In this document: in pieces, positions 9,642 through 17,470 of the stretch
Layout of the letters: every line of letters begins with the position of its first letter
Position numbering within the stretch: the first letter of the stretch is position 1
Source of the DNA: Clostridiaceae bacterium
Lineage (GTDB): Bacteria > Bacillota > Clostridia > Saccharofermentanales > DTU023
Reading direction: 5' to 3'
DNA: 64,000 nucleotides
Assembly (NCBI GenBank): GCA_012841145.1
Contig: DUVH01000009.1
Location: forward strand, 25,296 to 89,295
Notes under the pieces: generated by a model
What the model saw: the letters and a program-made list of their open reading frames with translations, nothing else
Database searches by the model: none
What the model was told of the DNA's origin: nothing
Translations under genes and position numbers: made by a program

Positions 9642-10565
9642 ATGAAACTTTATCCGAAAAATTTCTCGACTGCCGTTCATAATTGTAATTTGAGCGGGAT
9701 CAGCCTTTCGCGTTATTTTCTTGATATTGAAATTGTGTTGAATGAGACGACGGAAGATGAAATCCTCCGGCAAATGGAGAAGAATCTTTCCGTTATGGAG
9801 AAAGCCGCTGCGAAGGGTATAGCCGGTGTAACCTCTTTTTCCGGTTTGACGGGAGGCGACGCGAAACGTCTGGCTGCATTCCGTGCTACGGGTTCGCCTT
9901 TCGGGGACAGCCTTTATCTCGAGGCAATGATTCAGTCGCTCGCGGTCAATGAGGTGAACGCCGCGATGGGCGTCATCTGTGCCACTCCGACGGCAGGTTC
10001 ATCGGGAGTATTGCCCGGGGCACTTCTTACAATGCGCGATAAGCTGAACCTCGACCGTCGCGCTCAGCTCAACTTCCTTATTACGGCCGGCGGTACCGGC
10101 GCTCTTATCGGGAACCAGGCATCGATCTCGGGCGCTGAAGGCGGCTGTCAGGCAGAGGTCGGTTCTGCATCGGCGATGACGGCTGCCGCGCTTGTGGAGG
10201 CGGCCGGCGGGTCGCCGTCACAATCAGCTCATGCATTGGCGATCGCTTTAAAGAATTTGTTAGGACTTTCTTGCGATCCCGTGGCGAGCCTTGTCGAAGT
10301 TCCGTGTATCAAACGGAATGCCGTGGGCGTCGTCAATGCGATCGCCGCCGCTGAAATGGCGCTTGCAGGCATCGAGAGCCGCATTCCTGTCGATGAGGTC
10401 ATTCAGGCGATGGGTTCGATCGGTCGCATGATGCCGATGGCGCTTCGCGAGACGGCACTGGGCGGCCTTGCGCAGACTCCGACAGCATGTCGCATGACGG
10501 CCATGCTTCAGCAAGAAGGGCACATTCCTTGGCCTTTCCCCGCCGCAGGACGCAATGAGGATTAA
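9642..10565 (+). CDS. sdaAA: L-serine dehydratase, iron-sulfur-dependent, alpha subunit
   Basis: Motifs TAGSSGVLPGAL, GAEGGCQAEVGSASAM, CDPV...EVPCIKRNA. Start moved to ATG 9642 (GGAGG at 9629-9633). The tracked start 9567 would overlap sdaAB by 53 nt. Confidence 0.9.
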   Translation: MKLYPKNFSTAVHNCNLSGISLSRYFLDIEIVLNETTEDEILRQMEKNLSVMEKAAAKGIAGVTSFSGLTGGDAKRLAAFRATGSPFGDSLYLEAMIQSLAVNEVNAAMGVICATPTAGSSGVLPGALLTMRDKLNLDRRAQLNFLITAGGTGALIGNQASISGAEGGCQAEVGSASAMTAAALVEAAGGSPSQSAHALAIALKNLLGLSCDPVASLVEVPCIKRNAVGVVNAIAAAEMALAGIESRIPVDEVIQAMGSIGRMMPMALRETALGGLAQTPTACRMTAMLQQEGHIPWPFPAAGRNED

Positions 10566-10587
10566 CGAAGCGTTATAGATCCATTTT

Positions 10588-13152
10588 TCAATCGAAATTT
10601 TTCCAAAATTCGCGGACGAGGCCAAGTGTCTCGTCTTTGTCCTTTGTGTGGATTGTGCGCCATTCTTCAGGAAGAAGCGCACGGTAATCGGGGCGGCTGT
10701 AACGATCGTCAACGAGCAGTACGAGTCCGAAGTCGTCCTCATTCCTGATAAGGCGCCCAACCGCTTGGGTGACGCGATTGAAACCGGGCCACATAAAAGC
10801 GTATTCATAACCTTTGCTCGTCTTTTGATCATAGTATTGGCGCAGAATCTCGCGTTCAGGCGATACCCCCGGCAATCCCGTTCCGATGATGATGACACCC
10901 GTCAGTTCTTCGCCGATCAGATCAATTCCCTCATTGAAAAGAGATCCGATCACGGTCATGCCGACGAGCGATCGTTTGCCTTTAGGCATTCTAAAGCGGT
11001 TCAAGTACGCATTTTTCTGCTTTTCCGTCATTCGGGTCGGTTGAACGAGAAATTCATTCGCCGAATTCTTGTGACGTTTTATCTCGTTCACCAACATTCT
11101 CTGATAAGCGAAAGAAGGGGAGAATACGAGGTAATGTCCTTTCCTTTCTCCAATAACATCGAGGATCAGCGACGTAATGACGGGAAGCGTAAGATGGCGA
11201 TCTTTATAACGGATCGAATACGCGTCGACATTCAGGACAAAGCGCCTTGAAGAATCGAACGGCGAATCAAGCATCAGAATTTCAGGTTTGTCAACTGAAC
11301 TGTCGGCATCGAGAAGTGAGACGTAATACGACGGCGGCGTCATCGTCGCGGAGAAGAAGACAACCGGTGATTTGTCGCGGTAGATATCGGTCAGATGGTT
11401 CGATGCGTCAAGCGCGAGGAGAGACGCGACGACTTCACCTTTATCGTAAAGGCGCCACGTATTGATGTATGTGCTGTCATAATAGTGTTCGATGACTTTT
11501 TGAAAAAAAAGAAGATCAAAGTAAGGGAGCATAAGCTTCTCGCGACCGTCGAATTGAAGCTCCTTATAAAAGAATCCCGAGAGTGCTGTTGTGAGTGACT
11601 CGACATCTTGTATAAAAAAAGGCGGAATCTCGCGCATCGCTAAAAATCGCTCACTGAACATCGGCTTAAATGGACTGAGCTCTTTTATATGCTCAGCGCC
11701 TTTAGAGCCACGTGCCGTATCCGTAAGAATGTCTGCGAATTGATCGATGCGACGCAAGAGTCGCTCGATAGCGACGATACATTTTTTCGCCTCACTGCGT
11801 AACGCGGTGTTTGTAGCGGTGTTTTCCGGAATGACGACATCACGCTCGATATTGCCTGTCGAAGCGAGATTCTTAAACATTTCGACTAAATTAAGGAGAG
11901 TTGTTCTTGAAAGTGTCGCCGAAAACATCTCGTTTGAACGGCGCGCGAGATTGTGCGCCTCGTCGACGAGCAGTGTGTATTTCAATTTCGTGTCGTCCAG
12001 ATGATTGGACCAGCGCACACGCGGGTTGAAGACGTAATTGTAGTCACAGATGACGACATCGCATCCGGCTCCGATTTCAAGCGACAATTCGAATGGACAG
12101 ACTTCGTATTTTTTTGCCAGCTCTATGATATCTTCAGGTAAAATACGCTGCAATTTAAAACTTTCGCGCAACGCATTGTGACGCTTTTCGTAATAATTGA
12201 CGGCGTAGGGGCATTTTCTCATATTGCAGAACAGATCTCCGGCTAAGCAGAGTTGCTCTTTCGCCCTGAATGTAATCGAGCGCACAAGAAAACCTGCAGA
12301 AGTGAGGTCATCTAAGGCTTGCTCAGCAATTTTCCGTTGCGATCTCGTCGGCGTCAGGTAGAATATCTGGTCGGTCAAACCGCCGGCCTGAGCTTTGATC
12401 GCGGGGTAGAGTGTCGCTACCGTCTTCCCGATACCTGTCGGCGCGACAATAAAAAGCTTGGCTGTATCGCGAATGGCGGCGATCACTTCGCGCATCATCT
12501 GTTTCTGGCCTTCGCGCAGTGTTTCGTACGGAAATCCGGCATTTTTATTGAGCGTGTTTCGAAGCATTTTATGCTCAAAGAGCGGCATTGCCACCTCAAG
12601 ATATCGCCTGCACGTCTGATCGAAATGAATGGACAGTTCGTCGGATGTCATCCGGCGCGTCAGGACAAACGACTCGTCCACATCGAACGACGTATAGTGG
12701 AGTTCGATTGTTACGTCTGAAGCATCAATCATCAAACCGTCTCTAAAACCGCTTTCGAGAAGTAAATGCGCGTAAAGATACGCCTGTGTCCAGTGGGCGG
12801 CATCGCCCTCGGAAGGGAGAGAATGCGCGCTTCCTCTAAATCCTTTAACTTCAATGAGTGTCAGTTCGCCTTTCGGAGAGAGAACGATCAGGTCACATCG
12901 TCCTTGCACGATCAAATCAACAGGAAGATCGTCCGCCGCAAAAACTCCGGAGAGCGATTCTTCGGCAAAAAGATCGCATCCAGGGAATCGTCTGTGCGCC
13001 GTTTTCAAAAACAGCTGGTGTATTCTCGTACCCTCAATTCCGGAGAGTCCGCCCTGCATGGCGGAGCCGAGTCCGCCGACGCGTCGCGTCGATTCGGCGA
13101 GTTTGCGGACGGCAACGGTCATCTCGTGTTTCATGTTCTCGATCTTGTTCAC
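10588..13152 (-). CDS. XPD/DinG-family (Rad3-like) Fe-S helicase with an N-terminal PD-(D/E)XK (Cas4/RecB-like) nuclease domain
   Basis: Helicase motif I APTGIGKT, DEAH box (VDEAHNL), and four Cys (CLAGDLFCNMRKC...VCPFE) where XPD/DinG bind 4Fe-4S. The N-terminal ~140 aa has GRCDLIV / LIEVKG / TQAYLY, i.e. a D...ExK...QxxxY nuclease signature. The GTG start forms a GTGA overlap with the licC-like stop. Confidence 0.8.
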   Translation of the reverse strand: MNKIENMKHEMTVAVRKLAESTRRVGGLGSAMQGGLSGIEGTRIHQLFLKTAHRRFPGCDLFAEESLSGVFAADDLPVDLIVQGRCDLIVLSPKGELTLIEVKGFRGSAHSLPSEGDAAHWTQAYLYAHLLLESGFRDGLMIDASDVTIELHYTSFDVDESFVLTRRMTSDELSIHFDQTCRRYLEVAMPLFEHKMLRNTLNKNAGFPYETLREGQKQMMREVIAAIRDTAKLFIVAPTGIGKTVATLYPAIKAQAGGLTDQIFYLTPTRSQRKIAEQALDDLTSAGFLVRSITFRAKEQLCLAGDLFCNMRKCPYAVNYYEKRHNALRESFKLQRILPEDIIELAKKYEVCPFELSLEIGAGCDVVICDYNYVFNPRVRWSNHLDDTKLKYTLLVDEAHNLARRSNEMFSATLSRTTLLNLVEMFKNLASTGNIERDVVIPENTATNTALRSEAKKCIVAIERLLRRIDQFADILTDTARGSKGAEHIKELSPFKPMFSERFLAMREIPPFFIQDVESLTTALSGFFYKELQFDGREKLMLPYFDLLFFQKVIEHYYDSTYINTWRLYDKGEVVASLLALDASNHLTDIYRDKSPVVFFSATMTPPSYYVSLLDADSSVDKPEILMLDSPFDSSRRFVLNVDAYSIRYKDRHLTLPVITSLILDVIGERKGHYLVFSPSFAYQRMLVNEIKRHKNSANEFLVQPTRMTEKQKNAYLNRFRMPKGKRSLVGMTVIGSLFNEGIDLIGEELTGVIIIGTGLPGVSPEREILRQYYDQKTSKGYEYAFMWPGFNRVTQAVGRLIRNEDDFGLVLLVDDRYSRPDYRALLPEEWRTIHTKDKDETLGLVREFWKNFD

Positions 13153-14033
13153 GATGTGAGTACCTCATCGAGGCGCTTAATGGACGAATCTGCATAACGA
13201 AAAGCATATCGACAGCCGTCCGCGATAAATTGAAAACCTTGGACATGACTGTCACCGTTTTTGATCGGTATTATCTGTCGGATATCGCGTTCTTGACACT
13301 TGAGCGATGCCGCCAAATATTTCAGAATAGTCGACCGCGAATTGTCAAGGTACGTCGGGTCAAAAGCTCTCAAATCATCTAATGTATCGAATTCGAAGAT
13401 ATTACCTCTCGGATATCTACGTGCCTTCATTCTCAAGACATCAAGATGATCAAGGAAAATATCCTCCCAAAACATATCGTACGTATCATCCCTCGCGTGC
13501 GCATCGAGGAGATATTGTACGAAATGTTGAGAAAATGTTTCATCAAAATACGCGTGTCCGAGCATTACCCAGGCATCGCGTCCGCCGATCGTCACGCCGG
13601 TGATGACTCCCTCATCGTCCGTGCTGACACACCATTCATCCGTCTCGCCCTCAGCGTAGACGACAGAGTAATAGGAGCCCGACACGTCTCTTTCGAATGG
13701 GTTGACCGTGAAGTAATTGTCAGCGGAGCAGATATACGTATCCGAGAGATAGTCACGAGCCGCATAGAGACTTCCGTGGTTATTACGCGTGTCGTACGTC
13801 TCATTAAAGATCAGCTTGACGTGATATTTATCCGCAAGGTAAGTGAACATATCTGACTTATATCCGGTAACGATGACAATTGAAGGAACGCCGGACTCCA
13901 TAAGCTGTTCGATCTGCCGTTCGATCAGAATCTCTCCTCTCACTTCGAACAGAGCCTTCGGTTTCTCGTAAGATAGCGGCGCGAAACGCGAGGAGAGGCC
14001 CGCCGCCATAATGACGGCATGTTTAACATTCAT
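13149..14033 (-). CDS. licC: LicC-like CTP:phosphocholine cytidylyltransferase (nucleotidyltransferase fold) with a ~55-aa C-terminal extension
   Basis: N-terminus AVIMAAGLSSRFAPLSYEKPKALFEV..ILIERQIE and the following ~230 aa track the pneumococcal LicC pattern as I remember it. It is paired with a choline-kinase-like gene. Confidence 0.75.
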   Translation of the reverse strand: MNVKHAVIMAAGLSSRFAPLSYEKPKALFEVRGEILIERQIEQLMESGVPSIVIVTGYKSDMFTYLADKYHVKLIFNETYDTRNNHGSLYAARDYLSDTYICSADNYFTVNPFERDVSGSYYSVVYAEGETDEWCVSTDDEGVITGVTIGGRDAWVMLGHAYFDETFSQHFVQYLLDAHARDDTYDMFWEDIFLDHLDVLRMKARRYPRGNIFEFDTLDDLRAFDPTYLDNSRSTILKYLAASLKCQERDIRQIIPIKNGDSHVQGFQFIADGCRYAFRYADSSIKRLDEVLTS

Positions 14034-14166
14034 ACGAGCTTAACCCTTTCATTCTGTTCGGCTATTATTACCGCCATATTGTCATTCGTATCATGACATG
14101 CGATTCGTAAAATGATGACTACATTATAGCCCGATATGAGATGTGACGACGTAAAGACAGATTTGA

Positions 14167-14196
14167 TTGACGATTTCGTCAGTTTTGTGTTAAATA
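14167..14196 (+). promoter_or_regulatory. Candidate sigma-A promoter for the licA-like operon
   Basis: TTGACG (14167-14172), 18-nt spacer, extended -10 TGtTAAATA (14188-14196). Confidence 0.4.
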
Positions 14197-14296
14197 GTTA
14201 GCATAAATAAGTTATTTTTGTGTTAAATGATTGACAAGAGAGCGTACAGGAAGGGGACTGCGCTCTGCTTTGTCGAAGAGAGGAGGAATTTGCGTC

Positions 14297-15181
14297 TTGG
14301 GTCCGAAGTATATTCAACAAAAGTATATGCCTGTGATATGTGAAGCATTGTCAGATGACCCCGAGATCACTTCATTTGTCCCGATGAAGCTCGGTATGAC
14401 GAATGATTCTTTTATCTTCGAGTGTCGTAGCGGGACGTTTATGCTCCGGCTCCCCGGGCGCGGGAGTGAGGCGCTGATCGACAGGAAACAGGAGTACGAA
14501 GTTTATCGGCTATTAGCCGGTCGCGGAATCTCCGATGAGGTTCTTTACTTTGACCCGAAGACGGGAATTAAGATTTCCCGCTATATTGAAGATGCACGCG
14601 TCTGTGACCCGCGATCTAAGTCAGACCTGAAGAGGTGTATGGATGTTTTGAGAAGTTTTCATGATTTGAATCTTTCCGTCGGTCACTTGTTTGATCCGTG
14701 GGAACGACTCGAATACTATGAATCGCTTCGCGGTGATACGCCGTCGAGATACGGCGATTACGCACTGACTAAAGCGACAATCCGGGACATTTATGAATGG
14801 ACATTGGAACAGCCTCGCCATATTATTCTCGCTCATATCGATCCCGTAGCCGACAACTTTGTCTTTACTCCTGACGGAAAAGTCTATCTGATCGATTGGG
14901 AATATGCCGCCATGCAGGACAAGGACATCGATGTCGCGATGTTCGCCGTTTACTCTCTGCTTGATAAGGAGCATGTCGATTGTCTGATCAATTTCTACCA
15001 GAACGGGGCTGAGGACAGGCTTCAGAAGAAAAAAATCTACGCATACATTGCCATTGCCGGTTTGGTATGGAGTAACTGGGCTGAATTCAAGATGAACAAC
15101 GGCGATGTGCTGGGCGAATACGCACCCGGTCAATATCGTTTCGCTAAAGATTATTCTGCGTATTTTTACGCGTTCAGTTAG
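14297..15181 (+). CDS. licA: Choline/ethanolamine kinase (LicA-like, APH fold)
   Basis: Brenner-type catalytic motif ILAHIDPVADNF and YLIDWEYAAMQD. N-terminal lobe LGMTNDSFIF...MLRLPG. The start is uncertain: I prefer TTG 14297 (AGGAGG at 14281-14286) to the tracked TTG 14231. Confidence 0.75.
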   Translation: MGPKYIQQKYMPVICEALSDDPEITSFVPMKLGMTNDSFIFECRSGTFMLRLPGRGSEALIDRKQEYEVYRLLAGRGISDEVLYFDPKTGIKISRYIEDARVCDPRSKSDLKRCMDVLRSFHDLNLSVGHLFDPWERLEYYESLRGDTPSRYGDYALTKATIRDIYEWTLEQPRHIILAHIDPVADNFVFTPDGKVYLIDWEYAAMQDKDIDVAMFAVYSLLDKEHVDCLINFYQNGAEDRLQKKKIYAYIAIAGLVWSNWAEFKMNNGDVLGEYAPGQYRFAKDYSAYFYAFS

Positions 15182-15208
15182 TGTACGGCGTATGAGTTTA
15201 GGCGGTCG

Positions 15209-17470
15209 GTGTCGTCAATGATGCACCTCATCAATACAATCTTCGGTATCCCTCTCGGTTACCTTATGTATGCCTGCTATCGATTGACAGGTAATTACGG
15301 ACTTTCCATCATCCTTTTCACGTTTATAACGAAAGTAATTATGTTCCCGCTTTCGCTCATCTCACAGAAGAATTCAATCGTCATGGTACGAATACGCCCG
15401 CAGCTCGAGGAAATCAGACAGCGTTACGCCGGCAACAGTACAGAGATGGCATCTAAGCAAAAGGAACTCTACCGTCGCGAGAAGTACAGCGCCTGGAAGG
15501 GGATGCTGCCGCTTCTTGTACAGATCCCGATCATTCTCGGTCTGATTAATGTCATCTACAACCCGCTCCAACACCTGTTGCGCCTTGAACCTTCCGTGAT
15601 CAATTCGCTGCTTGAGAGGACGGCGACATTTTCCGGAACGACGGTTGCCGGACTTGGAACGAGCGCGGAGCTGACCGTTCTCGAAACGGTACAAGAGAAT
15701 ATCGCCTTCTTTGGCGGATTACCCGGTGTAAACGAGATCGCTTCAATGAATCTCAAATTTCTCGGTCTAAACCTTGCGGAAGTACCGACGATCAACTCGC
15801 TCAGCATTCTATACCCTGTTTTCTCCGGATTGAGCGCTTTCGTCTTGGCGATGTACCAGAATAAGCATAACGTGCTCCAGCGAGCGCAAGGAGTCGTCAG
15901 TCGCAGGGTTATGACGGTCATTCTCGTCGCATTTTCAGCCTTTTTTGCCGCTATCTTGCCGTGCGGCGTCGGCTTGTACTGGATCGCGGGAAATCTCCTG
16001 TCGATACCTGTTCTCCTTCTTTGCAATATCATTTATGATCCCGGTGAATACGCCGAGGAGATTGAACATCTGGTAGCGCCGAAACTCAGCAAGGAAGAGA
16101 AACTTGAGCAAAGGGCGCTTAATAAAGAGAAACGCAGGAGACAGCGAGCCGATGTTAAACGTTTTAACTCGACAAAGGATAAACGTCTCGTTTTCTATTC
16201 GGAGAGCGACGGATTCTATAAGTATTTTGAAGGGTACATCAACTACATTCTCGAGCATTCCGATGTCGTCATCCACTATGTCACGAGCGATGTGCGAGAC
16301 CGCGTGCTCTCGATGAACAAAGCACGCATTCAGGCGTATTATGTCGGGCCGATTGCCTTGATCCGCGTGATGATGTTGATGGATGCTGATATCGTTGTCA
16401 TGACGATGCCCGACCTTGAGAAATACCACATCAAGCGTTCGCTCGTAAGGAAAGATATTGAATATATCTATACCGATCACGGAATGACGAGCCTCCACCT
16501 GATGCTTCAGGAGAACGCGCTCGACTATTTCGATACGATTTTCTGCTACGGCCCGAACCACATCCGGGAAGTGCGCGAGATGGAGCGCGTCTATAACCTT
16601 CCTGCTAAGACGCTTGTCAAAACGGGATTTCCCTTGCTAGATTCGATGATTGAAGGCGCAGAGGCGATCGGTGACGTAATCAACGACCCGAAAATCATCC
16701 TGATCGCACCATCTTGGCAACAGGACAACATTCTCGAGTACTGCTTGGAGGAGACGTTGCGCCCGCTTTTAGGAGCCGGCTATCGCATCGTTGTTCGGCC
16801 CCACCCGGAATTCATCAAGCGATTCCCGGGTAAAATGAGAAAGATCATCGAGCGTTATAAAGATGATGTGGGAGACGATTTTGAAATTCAGACTTCGTTC
16901 GCTTCAAGCGAAACGGTCTATTCTGCCGACCTCGTGATCACCGACTGGTCGTCTATCGCGAATGAATTCTCGTATGCGAGGAAGAAGCCATCTCTTTTTA
17001 TCAATACGCCGATGAAGGTCGTCAATCCGAATTACAAGAAAATTCCTCTTGTCCCGCTTGATATTTCATTGCGTGATGAGATCGGTATCTCAATCGATGT
17101 CGAAGACCTTGATACAATCCTCGACGTCGTTCATACGCTTTTTGATAATGCCGATGAATACAGAGGGCGTATTGCCGACGTCGTCAGTCAAAATATATTT
17201 GATGTTGGCGACGGTGCGCGCGGCGGAGGTCAATACATCATCGATGCCCTTAAGAGGCGTATGGATGAGACTGTCGAACCGTCCTGCGATGACCTCGTAA
17301 CGCGTTGGCGGAGTATACTAAATAGCGGTATCGACGATGAGATAAAACAGATGCTCAACGAACCGCTCCCGGTCGATAATTCCGGTAATAGAACGAAAGC
17401 GGACTTTTTGCAGGAGATTTTGGAAGAGCTCGAAAGTACGATGGAACAGGAGATGAAAGATGAATCGTAA
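15209..17470 (+). CDS. Fusion protein: YidC/Oxa1-type membrane insertase domain + CDP-glycerol glycerophosphotransferase (TagB/TagF-like) domain
   Basis: aa 1-~280 match the YidC core pattern (GLSIILFTFITKVIMFPLSL...QLEEIRQRY...LPLLVQIPIILGL). aa ~330-753 carry TagF-family motifs (IAPSWQQD, VRPHPEF, LVITDWSSIANEF). It is one ORF with no stop. The start may be ATG 15218. Confidence 0.8.
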   Translation: MSSMMHLINTIFGIPLGYLMYACYRLTGNYGLSIILFTFITKVIMFPLSLISQKNSIVMVRIRPQLEEIRQRYAGNSTEMASKQKELYRREKYSAWKGMLPLLVQIPIILGLINVIYNPLQHLLRLEPSVINSLLERTATFSGTTVAGLGTSAELTVLETVQENIAFFGGLPGVNEIASMNLKFLGLNLAEVPTINSLSILYPVFSGLSAFVLAMYQNKHNVLQRAQGVVSRRVMTVILVAFSAFFAAILPCGVGLYWIAGNLLSIPVLLLCNIIYDPGEYAEEIEHLVAPKLSKEEKLEQRALNKEKRRRQRADVKRFNSTKDKRLVFYSESDGFYKYFEGYINYILEHSDVVIHYVTSDVRDRVLSMNKARIQAYYVGPIALIRVMMLMDADIVVMTMPDLEKYHIKRSLVRKDIEYIYTDHGMTSLHLMLQENALDYFDTIFCYGPNHIREVREMERVYNLPAKTLVKTGFPLLDSMIEGAEAIGDVINDPKIILIAPSWQQDNILEYCLEETLRPLLGAGYRIVVRPHPEFIKRFPGKMRKIIERYKDDVGDDFEIQTSFASSETVYSADLVITDWSSIANEFSYARKKPSLFINTPMKVVNPNYKKIPLVPLDISLRDEIGISIDVEDLDTILDVVHTLFDNADEYRGRIADVVSQNIFDVGDGARGGGQYIIDALKRRMDETVEPSCDDLVTRWRSILNSGIDDEIKQMLNEPLPVDNSGNRTKADFLQEILEELESTMEQEMKDES

